DNA of 64,000 nt, taken from NCBI RefSeq assembly GCF_009914755.1, contig NC_060933.1; one strand, 5' to 3'. The position numbers and the translations under genes were made by a program. The stretch comes from the human T2T-CHM13v2.0 reference genome, Homo sapiens. The notes beneath the pieces are model-generated. The model made no database searches, was not told the DNA's origin, and saw only the letters and a program-made list of their open reading frames with translations. Below are positions 17,015 to 33,010 of this stretch, in pieces (position 1 is the first letter of the stretch; every line of letters starts with the position of its first letter).

Positions 17015-18848
17015 GACTTCACCCTTTATCCCCCACGTCTGTGAGGCTCAATGATGCAGGCAGGACAGGCTCTGGGGATGCTGGGAAGGGGATGCTGGGA
17101 ACAGCTTGCCTGCTGTTGATGCCTGTCACTGTGACATGTAATCCACCACCTGCAGTTGCTGTCTGAGGACAAGAGCCCTCACTATAGCAGAACCTGGCGG
17201 CTGAGAACACAGGATGTGGCTTTTGGCAGATGAAGTGTGAACCAAGACAAGACCTTGGTCGACCTCAGACATAGCTAGGTGAGAGCCGACTGGTCAACCT
17301 CAGACATGGCTAGTCATGAGCTCCCCACAGGGCTCAGCACAACACACGGGCGGGCAGGGGGAGGAGCTGCTCCTTCTAAAACACACTTAGAGGAAGTCAG
17401 CTGTGGAGGTGGCCTTGCTGGGATGATCATCATTTCATCCAGTCCTCGCCCCACCCTGCCTGTTGTGGTATTTGTAGGTGGAGACACAGGCCCAGGGTGG
17501 AGAAGTGACTGGGGTCTTCTGGAAAGGCCGGGCCTACCCTCAAACCCAGGTCCTCTGGCTCCAGAGCTGGTCCTGGCTGCCTTGAGTGCATGGGAGGCCC
17601 TGGCGGTCACATCCGTCTTGTTTGAGAGAAAGCTATGTCCCCGCGGTGACACACAGTCTCAGTAGAATAAGTCCTAGGGATCAGCCCAGTGCCCAGACCG
17701 CTCAGCAGTGGTTAAATGTCTGGGTCCTGGATGGGGAGTGGTATGGCCACCCCTTCCCTGGGACCCTGGTGGGTGGGAAGGGGATGTGCCCAGGGGATCA
17801 GTTACATGTCAGCAGTGGGGATGCTCAAGGTCTTCCGCCAGCGTTTTTCTTTTGAACGTGCAGCAGAGTTGAAAGAATTTTATGCCTGGACACGCACCAG
17901 CTTGATTCCACCCTTCGCATTTCGCTGTGCCTGCTTTCTCACATCTGTCTCCATCCCTTGGTCCACCCCTCCAGGCATCTCATTATTCTAATGAAGTTCT
18001 AGTTTTATTTTTAAAGAATGAATTCACGTTCATCCATTCATCCTCTCACTGGGCAGACACTCAACCAGGCGCTGTTGTGGGTGCTGGACACACTCACCCT
18101 CGCCAACCTCTCCTCCCATCCGCCAACGGCTACTCCCAAACCTCTGGCTGGTGGGGCCTCCTCTCTGCAAGGGCCGCAGTGGGCTGGGAAGCCACAGAGG
18201 AATGCAGAAGTCGCAGCTCTAAATTAAGGACTGGGAAGTGTTGGCTGCCTGGCGGCCCTGGGGAGGGGGCCACGTGGCCAGCCCGTGGCTGCCCTGCTGT
18301 GTCTGCCAGGGCTCCAGAATCCCATAGCCACCTCCTTGGCCAGAAGGACAGTGCATATACAGATCCCAAGATCCTGAAAAAGCAAAGTGGTCCCTGGCCC
18401 TTGGGGAGTGCTGATCACGACTCTTGCCTGTGAGGTGAGGCTGCCAGTCCTCCATTCCTTTGTTCTTGCATTCATTCATTCACTCATTCCTGCACTGATG
18501 TCTCCAGATATGGAGCTTGGTAGTTGACGGAGAGCCCAACCCTGGAGACAGAATTCAAGTCCTAGCTGTGCCACTGGGAGCTAGGTGACCCAAGGCCAGC
18601 GAGAGTCAGCCCAGGGTTATAGGAAATAGCCCAGGCCAGGGGTTAGAGCTGTACCTGGCACACAGGTATGCTCAGCGTCAGCTGTCATCCGCCCAGCATC
18701 CCTGGGAGGTTCTGCCTCCTGCTGATCTCAGTCCTGCCCACCATGCCCTCCATCCCCCTGAAGGGCAGGGCAGCTCCTCAGGCCCTCCCCACTCTGTGTA
18801 CCGCCCCTAGAAATTGTGCACCCCTCCTCTGCAGCCTCCTCAATCTGA

Positions 18849-19200
<352 letters not shown>

Positions 19201-19377
19201 AAGTATCTTCAGTTTTAAATGTGTATTTCTTTAATTGACATATTTTCCCCCTGATTTTTTAAACAGCTTTACTGGGCCATAATTCACATACCATACAATT
19301 TACCTTTTTAAATCATAGAACTCAGTAGCTTTTGTACATTCACAGATATGTGCTACCATCACTCCAGTCAATTTTAT

Positions 19378-19676
<299 letters not shown>

Positions 19677-20267
19677 ACTCCAGTCAATTTTATAATGTTT
19701 TTAATCACTGCATAAGAAGATCCCATACCCCTTAGCAGCCATCTCCCAGTTTTCCCTTTCCCCCAGCTTCTGACAGCCACTAATCTGCTTTCTGTCTCTG
19801 GATTTGCCTGTTCTGGACATTTCATATGAGTGTCATCATATGACATGTGACCTTTTGTGTCTGACTTCTTTCACTTAACACAGTGTTTTCAAGGTTTATC
19901 CATGTTGTAACATGGATCAGCACTTCATGCCTTTTGATGATTTAATAGTACTCTGTGGTGTGGATAAACCACATTTTGTTTATTCACTTATTGGTTGACA
20001 GACATTTAGGTGTTTCAGCTCTCTGGCCATTACAAATAATGCTGCTGTGAACATTCGTGTACCCATTTTTGTGTAGACAGGTATTTTCATTTCTCTTGGC
20101 TGATTACCTAGCAGTGGAATTACTGGATCATGTGGTAATTCTGTGCTTAACTGTGTGAAAAACCACCGGACAGTTTTCCAAAGCTGTTGCACCATTCTGT
20201 TCCCAAACTAGTAGCTTCTGAGGTGCCAGTTTCTCCACATTTTTCCTAACACTTCGTATTGTCTGTC

Positions 20268-20633
<366 letters not shown>

Positions 20634-21428
20634 TAATAATTTTGAGAATCTTCTTGTGCTTATTGGCTGCTAACTTATCTTTTTCAGAGAAATGTCTGTT
20701 CAGATCCTTTGGCCATTTTTCAATTTTGTTGTCTTCTAATTGAATTGTAATAATTCTTTATATGTTCTAGACACATGCCTCTTATCAGATACATGATTTG
20801 CAAGTATTTTCTCCCTATTGGTAAGTTGTCTTTTCACTTTATTGAATGTCCTTTAAAGCACAAACATTTTTCATTTTGATGAAGTCCTGTTTTTATTTTT
20901 CTTTTGGTGTTTGTCTTTGGTGTTAGATCTAAGAAACCATTGCCTAAGTTTACAAAGATTTTCCCTATGTTTTCTTCTAAGAGTTTCATAGTTTTAGCTC
21001 TTACTTTTAGGTCTTTGATTCATGTTAATTTTAGCATATGGTATGAGCTAGGGGTCCAGCTTCAGTTGTCCCAGCATCAGTTTGTTGAAAAACTATTCCT
21101 TTCCCATTGAATTGTCTTGGTACCCTTGTTGAAAATCATTTGACTATAAATGTAAGGGTTTACCTCTGCACTCTCAGTTCTATTCTGTTGGCCTTTATGT
21201 CTGTCCTCATGATAGTACCACACTGTTTTGATTACTCTAGCTTTGTAATACATTTTGAAATTGGCAAGTGTGAACTCTCCAACTTTGTTCTTTTTCAAGA
21301 GTGTTTTGGCTATTCTAGGTCTTTTGCATTTCCATATGAGCTTTAAGATCAGCTTGTTGATTTCTGGAAAGAAAGCAGCTGGATTCTGATAGAGATTTTG
21401 TTGAATCTGTATATCAGTTTGGAGAATA

Positions 21429-22082
21429 CAGTAGATTCAATGAATACAGTAGATACAGTGAATATAGTAGATACAATGTATCCAAGGGGGATACATTCCA
21501 GGACCCCTCAGTGCATGCCTGAAACTTCAGATACTATATATGTTGTTTTTTCCCTAAACACATGTACCTATGATAAGTTTAATTTATAAATTGAACAGAG
21601 TGAAAGATTAATGATAACCAGTAATAAGTTATACCAATTATAACAATATATTATAATAAGAGTAATGTGAATGTGGTCTCTCTCTCTCTAAATATCTTAA
21701 TAGACGGTACTCACCCTTCTTGCGATGATGTGAGATGATAAAATGCCTACATGATGAGATGAAGTGAGATGAAAAACATAGGCCTTGTGATGGAATGGGA
21801 AATTCCAGAGATAATTTGTAAGTTTTACACTGTGAGCCACTCTGAGTGTTGTGATGAAATCTCACCCATCCCGCTCCACCCCGCCTGGGATTGCTGTCAG
21901 TCACTTAGTAGCCCTCTGGGTTATCAGACCCCCTGATACTGCAGTGCTTGTGTTCAGGCAACTCTCATTTCACTTAATAATGGCCCAAAACACAACTGTT
22001 GTGAGGTACTATTTTCTGATTGTGGAACCACCGGTAACTGAAACCATGGAAAGTGAAAACAAGGATAAGGACGGACTACCAT
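21429..22082 (-). mobile_element. MER44 (Tigger7-family) DNA transposon with apparently inverted central segment
   Basis: Terminal-type sequences tatccaagggggatacattccaggacccctcagtgcatgcctgaaac and gtaactgaaaccatggaaagtgaaaacaaggataaggacggactac match recalled MER44 ends; interrupts the L1. Confidence 0.75.
21769..21817 (+). CDS. SUSD3: Putative alternative first coding exon of SUSD3 (MKNIGLVMEWEIPEII+T), giving 242 aa
   Basis: ATG 21769, 49 nt, phase 1, donor T|gtaagt; joins exon 2 in frame (T+GC=Cys); in-frame TGA upstream at 21760. Confidence 0.6.
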
Positions 22083-22377
22083 AATATGTTGCCATCGTAA
22101 CAATATTAAGTCTTCTGATCCATGAGCATAGGATGTTTTCCCATTTATTTAGGTCTTTAATTTCTTTCAACAACGTTTTGTAGTTTTCAGAGTATGTGTT
22201 TTGCACTTCTGTTATTAAATTTATAACTAATTTATTCTTTTTGATGCTGTTGTATAAAATGTTTTTCTTAATTTTCAATTTGCTCACTGCTACTGTACAG
22301 AAATACATTGACTTCTGTATGTTGACCTGGTATTCTACAACCTTGCTGAACTAATTTCTATTTATAATAGCTTTTAG

Positions 22378-22787
<410 letters not shown>

Positions 22788-23805
22788 TGATTTTTGTCAT
22801 TGGCTTATTAATATATAAGTGCTGTTTATGTAGAGAAGATACAAATCTCCTATTACATATATGTTACAAATATAAGAATCTTAGACACCGCATCTAGTGG
22901 TGGCTCCCTCCCTGCTATCAGTGGGCATTTGGGCAGGTGAATCCACCTCTCTGAGCCTTATCTGTAATAATACAGATAAAGAATGTGGGGTGCTCTTGAA
23001 CAGAATATTCTATCCATACATGCATTGTTATTGTTAGTGGCTGTGCAAATGCTGAGGATCCATAGACAGGGAGCAGTCAGAATGGCCCTGCCCAGGCCAG
23101 AGGCTGGCCTTCCCCAGATACTGAAGGGGCAGAAAGGATGGGGGCAGCCCGGGGATAAAGAGCCAGGTGCCTGCGGTTGACCCTGGCGGAACCACAAACT
23201 GGCTGTGTGACCTCAGTGTCCCTGAGCCATGGTTTCTGGGGCTGCAGAATGGGGGAGACAGTTCTTCCAAGGACATCATGGCTCCTGCCCTCATGTGTAC
23301 CAGGCACAACCACCTTCCAGATGCCTTGGCATTACACCTCATTTCCTCAGCACCCCAGTCCAAGGTGGGCACAACAGCTGTGCTGACTTTGAGGCCGGGG
23401 CAGGCTCCCTTGCCTGGGCCCCCAAATGTGTGTGGTGGAGGTGGACTAGGAGCCCCACAGGCTGGAACCCGTGTGTTCGTTTCTGTACTGTCACCCAACA
23501 GCTGCTGAAGCGCTCAGCACAGAGTAGAGCCTGGGCATTATTCTTCCTTCTATTATTATTGTTGCTGATATTCCTACTTTTGTTATTGTCACCTTGGGGC
23601 CCCAAGTGGACCAGCCAGAATCCCAAGCGCTAAATAGGGCACTGGGCTGAGACGTGTTGCTGAAGCTTTGTATCAGATTTGAGCCAGTCCACTTAACAAA
23701 TCCACAAGAAAACAGTGGCCTAACTCCAGCTGGAGTTTATTGCTGTCTCTTCTTAGGATCCGAGAGGTTGGTCTGTCCTTTCACATGTCTACCATCTTTG
23801 CTCCC

Positions 23806-24351
23806 TGTATTAGTCAGGGTTCTCTAGAGGGACTGGACTAATAGCATAGATGTATATATAAAGGGGAGTTTATTAAGGAGTATTGACTCACACGATAACA
23901 AGGTGAAGTCCCACAATAGGCTGCCTGCAAGCTAAGGAGCAAGGAAGCCAGTCTGAGTCCTAAAACCTCAAAAGTAGGGAAGACAGTGCAGCCTTCAGTC
24001 TGTGGCAGAAGGCCCGACAGCCGTTGGCAAGCCACTGGTGTAAGTCCAAGAATCCAAAAGCTGAAGAACTTGGAGTCTGATGTTCAAAGGCAGGAAGCAT
24101 CCAGCATGGGAGAAAGATGAAGGTCAGAAGATTCAGCCAATCTAGTCCTTCCACGTTCCTCTGCCTGCTTTTATTCTAGCCTCACTGGCAGCTGATTAGA
24201 TGGTGCCCACCAGATTAAGGGTGGGTCTGCTTCTCCCAGTCCACCGACGCAAATGTTAATCTCCTTTGGCAACACCCTCACAGACACACCCAGTGACGAT
24301 ACATTGCGTCCTTCAATTCAATCAAGTTGACACTCAATATTAACCATCACA
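23806..24351 (-). mobile_element. Complete solo HERV-L LTR, MLT2A2-like
   Basis: TG...CA termini (tgtattagtcagggttctctagagg...taaccatcaca), 546 bp, 5-bp TSD ctccc on both sides. Confidence 0.9.
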
Positions 24352-25053
24352 CTCCCCAATGCAGAAGTGACACAGCATCTATGCTCACACCTCATTGGCC
24401 AGGTTCAGTCACGTGACTGCTCCCTGGAGGGCAGGTTGGGAAATGTAGTTTTCAGTGGTGATCACATTTCCAGCTGCAACTCTGGGATGGGGAGAAGGGA
24501 TACTAGAGGCAACCGCAGCCAGGGGTGGGAACTAGAGTTGCAGCTGCCCAGGATGAGGTGAGATGGGGCAGATTCCACCCACTGGGCTTGGCCATCAGGT
24601 GGGGCTCCCGAAACAGTGTGCTGGGTCTCAGTTCCATCCCTACCACCTTCCCACTGAGTGACCTTGGGCATGCCATTGAGCTTTGCTGTGCCTCAGTTTC
24701 CCCATCTGTAAGGTAGGGGTAGACCACCCTCCTCATAGGGCTATAATGCAGTACAGCACCCATTAGGCCCCCAGTGTTGTCTGTGTTAGATCAGTCCCTC
24801 CCCCATCCCTCCCAGAAAAGTACACAAACCATAAGCCCCTCCCACCCCTCTTCCCTTGCTAGCAAGTATCCTCAAGGCAGAAGCAGTGTAGCCTGACCCT
24901 CCCAAAGCGGTGGGGCATGTCTGCCTCAACCCCTCCTGAGGGCCACCCCTGCCTCTGCACTCTCGCCCTCAGCATCTCAGCTTGTTAAGGCCCTGGGGTC
25001 CTCAGTCATGCAGAGGCCAGGGGCAGGGGGACCACTGGGTGCTGCTGGGGAGT

Positions 25054-25068
25054 GGGTCAATGTGACCT
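25054..25068. promoter_or_regulatory. Perfect estrogen response element GGGTCAatgTGACCT
   Basis: Exact RGGTCAnnnTGACCY palindrome in SUSD3 intron 1; function inferred. Confidence 0.7.
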
Positions 25069-25573
25069 GGCCAGCTGCAGCCAAATGCCATCCTTCACTG
25101 TCACTACCATGGCACAGAGCCTCTGGTAGCCTCCACTTTTGCCAGATCCCAGACCAGACTTCGGAGCCTGGCCTGAAGCCCAGCTCTGCTGATGCCCATT
25201 AATAGCCGTGGCACACATGGCTGGGGCAAGGGGTGGTGTGACCTCTCTGAGCCTCAGTTTCCCCCCAGATGGGCTTGTGAATTGAGATGTGGGGTAAGAA
25301 ATGGAGTGATATGTCTCGCAGATAAAGACCTTGCCTGGGCACACAGCCAGCCCACGTGACTGCTCCTGGGCAGATGTGAATAAATCTGGGGGATGGTATG
25401 CAGCCTACCGCAGATGTCTTTGGTAAACATTTTAAAATTAGAGTCCACAGAGTTTGCTGGCCAATTGGTTGTGGATTGAGAAAGTAGGTTTCAAGGTTTA
25501 GGGCCCAAGCAACTGAAGGATGGAGGGACTGCTGATTTAAATTAAAGTTATAAGAGGAGAAGCTACATGGTGA

Positions 25574-26216
<643 letters not shown>

Positions 26217-26821
26217 TGTCCCTGTTCTTTACCTGTGATGCACCAGCGGTCCACTGTCAATGCCCAAAAATCAGGAAATACCAGATAAGCAGGAGGAAGA
26301 GCCTCCTGGATTTGGACACCAGGAGACCTGCTTGGGGATGTCCTTAGCAGTTTCACTGAACGTCCTTGAACCCCAGAGACAACTCAGATGCAGGGAACAG
26401 GGACACACACTGAGGCCCATCTGCACAATGGAACACTTCACTGCTGTGAAAAGTAACCAGCTGCTGATATATGCATAGCACAACGACTCAGATGCATTTT
26501 GTGTGTGTGTCTGTGTGTGTATGAACGTGTGTGAAGTTAGACCAGAGCCTCCTTGTCTGGTTCTGAGTCTTCCCTGCAGCATAAGAGCCGTGTGACTGCA
26601 AAAAGTGTGGTAAGACCCTCTGCCCAGTTTGCTCATCTGTCGATGGGGATAATGATGGTTCTCCCTGGGTAGGCTGCTATGCCGATAGATGATGGCACAT
26701 GTAAGGCAGGTGCAATGGCATCCAGCCACAGTAATCTTCTCAGTCCCAGCTGTTGTCGTTATAATTTTATAAAAATTCTTGATTGCTGTTGCATCCAGAG
26801 CATCTCTGTGTCCTTATTTAA

Positions 26822-27133
<312 letters not shown>

Positions 27134-27286
27134 TCACTGTAAGTGCTCTCTGGTATTTTAATGTCTGGATGGCCCTGGGTAAGGGAATCATTCCCTCCTG
27201 CTGGAGGCGTGGGTTGTTTCAGCCTTTCACTATTATGTATGGTTCTGAGGTGGGCTTCCCCATAGAGAAATCTTGGCAGCAGATTC

Positions 27287-27581
27287 TTTTTTTTTTTTTT
27301 TTTTTTTTGAGATGCAGTCTCACTCTGTTGCCAGGCTGGAGTGCAGTGATCTTGGCTCACTGCAACCTCTGACTCCCTGGTTCAATCGATTCTCCTGCCT
27401 CAGCCTCCTGAGTAGCTGGAATTACAGGCACATGCCACCATGCCCAGCTAATTTTTGTATTTTTAGTAGAGATGGGGTTTCACCATGTTGGCCAGGATGG
27501 TCTCAATCCCCGACCTCATGATCCACCTGCCTCGGCCTCCCAAAGTGCTGGGATTACAAGCATGAGCCACCATGCCTGGCC
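27287..27581 (-). mobile_element. Alu SINE
   Basis: TSD agcagattctt. Confidence 0.95.
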
Positions 27582-28302
27582 AGCAGATTCTTATTTCCTG
27601 TGGCTAAAGGTTCATATGCAACATAGGGTGCTTATTGCATTTACCAAATGCTCTGCAGAAAGGTTGGATCTGTACCCCAGCCCGGGTACAGGGCTTCCCA
27701 GGCCCTGCCAACTTGCACATTGTTTTCTTTTTGCCTTTACCTCACCGACGCAGGAAAAATGAGCTCTCCCTTGAATCAACATTTCCTCAATTGCCTGTGG
27801 GTCTGCATTTTTCATGACTGTGGGCCACTGGTATCCTTGTGAATTGCTTGTTCACACATTAGAACTTGTTGGTTTTTTTTAAACTGAATATTCAGTTTTC
27901 ATTGATGTGTAAGACCTCTTCATAGATTAAGACTACCGAACCAACCTTTGACCTATGCTTTCCAAATATCCTTTCCCGAATTTTTCACCTGAGTTGGTTG
28001 TTTTCCATTATTAGGGAGCCTCAGAAGCTTTTGCTTTCTGCTTTGTATGCAGTCAAATCTGCTGATCTCTCTCTGTCCCTCTTTTTTTTTTTTTTTTTTT
28101 TTTTGTTCTGATTTCTGCCTTTGGAGCCGTGTTTAGGTCATAATCAAAGGCCATGCCTCAGTGTCTCAGGGAAGGTATGTTTGCTTTTATTGTCTTCTAA
28201 CACTTATTTCTTTTTTTAATGCTCCAATCCTCAACATCTAGAGTGTACTTCATGGAGGGATCCAGCTCTGCGTTGTCCCCCGGTCTGGATGACCCCATGT
28301 GA

Positions 28303-28815
<513 letters not shown>

Positions 28816-28979
28816 TAGGCCCTCAGCCCTCCCAGTGCCATGTTGGCAGCACGGACCGAAAACCTAGTAGCGGGCCTCCAATCCTGGCTCTGCTACCGAC
28901 TCAGCCCCTCACCGCCAAGAGGCTGTGCATGCTCTCTGAGCCAGCACGTTTTCATCTGTTAAGCAGGAAACTATGTTTG

Positions 28980-29011
28980 TTCATTCATTCATTCATTCAT
29001 TCATTCATTCA
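28980..29011. repeat. (TTCA)8 microsatellite
   Basis: Direct reading. Confidence 0.9.
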
Positions 29012-30122
29012 TGTACAGGTGCACATGGCCAACTTTAATAGGATATTTCACGTATCAGGAATCTTAAGTACTGGCAACACGGAAGGTCATAACGTGCCTG
29101 GCCCTGGAGCTCCCAGTCTGTGGGAGGCAATGGTTTTCTGGTTGTATTTCTTGTACAGGTGTTGAAAGGTCCACAAGATAGTCCCTTTTCAGTGCCCAGC
29201 ATGACATTTCCAAAATGAAGCTATGTGTGTTATGTTCATGTGTTTTGTGCATAAAAAGGGCTCAGAGTCAAAATAGTTTGGCAGATTCTGGGTTTTTATG
29301 CTGCAGAACTTCTCAGAGCCTTTAAAATGTTCACGTGCTAGGTGATTCTCTGAGGATGCGAGTGTTAGGATTAGATTCTGAAAGGCAGAAAACCCAAAAT
29401 ACTAGGATTAACTATGATGGAGCTCAACCTTCAGGGTGGGCAGGCAGATCTGTATAGGCTCCATGGCAGTGGGAGCCAGGCCCCTTCCCTGGCATGGCTC
29501 TGCTGGGCATGGCCTCAGCCTCATGATTCAAGATGGCAGCAGCTATGTTCCAGGCAGCTGTTATGGGGTGAGGGGCCCTGGGGCCAAAGAGCAGGCCCCA
29601 GTGTCTCAGGGAAGGTTCTTAGAAGTTGCCCCACATCACTTCTTATCTTCCACTGGCCAGAACATGGTCCTGTGACCACTGGGAAATGTAGTCTCCATTT
29701 TGGGTGGCCAGGATCCACTAGGGAGCATGGGAAATGGGGCAGGGGACAGGGCCATGTTCTCTACGTGGGGGAGTAAACGGTGTTGCTCAAATTAGGATTC
29801 CGAGGCCTTTTTTAGCCAGAACATCCAGTAGAATCTGATGGAACTAGTTTTTGGAGCATAGCTGAGGTCACACAGCAGATACATAGTATTTTGGACCTTC
29901 CTGGAAAGTGACCTGAGAAGGCATGTAGGCCCCCTGAAGAATGTTGCCACCTTGGGGCATTGTGAAAACCCAGACCATGGGCTGGGCAAGGCCTCCTCAG
30001 TACTGTCTATTGTCACCTCCTCTCTGTGGCCCACCCTTCCTTCATTCCTCAGGCAGGACTTCAGTGGGTAGGAGCCAAGGAGGCCATCACTCTGAACTCC
30101 CTGCCAGAACTTCTGTAATTGA

Positions 30123-30276
30123 CCACTCTGCAGACTTCTACATACCCTACAAAACCCTGCTCAAATACCCTCTTCAGTTAGCCACTCTGCACACTCCTAC
30201 ACACCCTGGAAAACCCTGCTTAAATACCCCCTTTAAATAGCCACTCTGCATACTCCTACACACCCTGCTCAAATAA
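30123..30276. repeat. Degenerate minisatellite, ~2.5 copies of 59 bp
   Basis: ccactctgca...cacaccct...aaaaccctgct(c/t)aaataccc starting at 30123, 30182, 30241. Confidence 0.85.
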
Positions 30277-30394
30277 CCTGCTTCTTGGGGAGAGTCTTCT
30301 CTGATAGTCCCACCTCCAAATATAGTTTGCACAGATCTTTGCCTCAGCCCCCAGCACCTCACTGCCCCCTTACCATGCAAACAGGGCTCACTGA

Positions 30395-31231
<837 letters not shown>

Positions 31232-31322
31232 CGTTTTATTCTTAAACCTGCACACATATGCAGTATGTACTCTGCTGTGTTAACGGCCTGCAGGGCTGCC
31301 ACACACGCCCCCTAAACCTTGA

Positions 31323-31771
<449 letters not shown>

Positions 31772-31867
31772 AAAACTTAACCTTTTTAACGTCTACAGTT
31801 CAGTAGCATTAAGTATGTTCACGATGTAGTGCAGCCATTAGCACTGTCCAGCCCTAGAACTTTCCAC

Positions 31868-32273
<406 letters not shown>

Positions 32274-32715
32274 TGAGCCCGGGTCTGGGTAGGGGACATG
32301 CTGGGGGACAAGGGGTCCAGCTTGGTCAGGCCCCGGGCCACCTGCTGCTCCCACACGCTGAGAGCCTGCTGCTCCCACACGCCTAGCCCACCCAGAACCT
32401 TAACTCCCATCTCTAAAACAAGAGGCTGGTGGTCCTTGTAGCACTCTGTCCTGACTCTGACATTCTAGGACTCAGAACTGCCCCCAGCAGTGTTTTCATC
32501 TGGAGGGTCCACCCTCCAGGGAAGCTGAAGCTTCTACACACCTGTGTTCCCTCCACCTACACCCAGCAGGGCTCTGCACTGAGCTGCAGTCACTTGCTCT
32601 CCCTCCCGTGCTCTGTCCCTCTCCTTTCTCTCTCTCTTAATACACACATACATTTTTTTGCCCTGAACCAATATAAGGACATTCTTTTTCTGAGTCCAGA
32701 AATTTAATACTGATT

Positions 32716-33010
32716 GGCCAGGCTTGGTGGCTCACACCTGTAATCCCAGCAGTTTGGGAGGCTGAGGTGGGAGGATCACCTGAGGTCAGGAGTTCGAGGC
32801 CAACATGGTGAAATCCCGTCTCTACTAAAAACACAAACATTACCTGGGTGTGGCGGAGTGTGCCTTTAATCCCAGCTACTTGGGAGGCAGAGACAGGAGA
32901 ATCACTTGAACCCAGGAGGCGGAGCTTGTAGTGAGCCAAGGTTGTGCCACCGCACTCCAGCCTGGGCGACAGAGCGAGACTCCGTCTCAAAAAAAAAAAA
33001 AAAAAAAAAA
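32716..33010 (+). mobile_element. Alu SINE
   Basis: Dimer plus poly-A; TSD-like agaaat(t/c)taata(c/t)tgatt. Confidence 0.95.

Noticed and set aside
32341-32382. 18-bp direct repeat after SUSD3 exon 4
   Set aside because: Real but a small slippage duplication with no evident function
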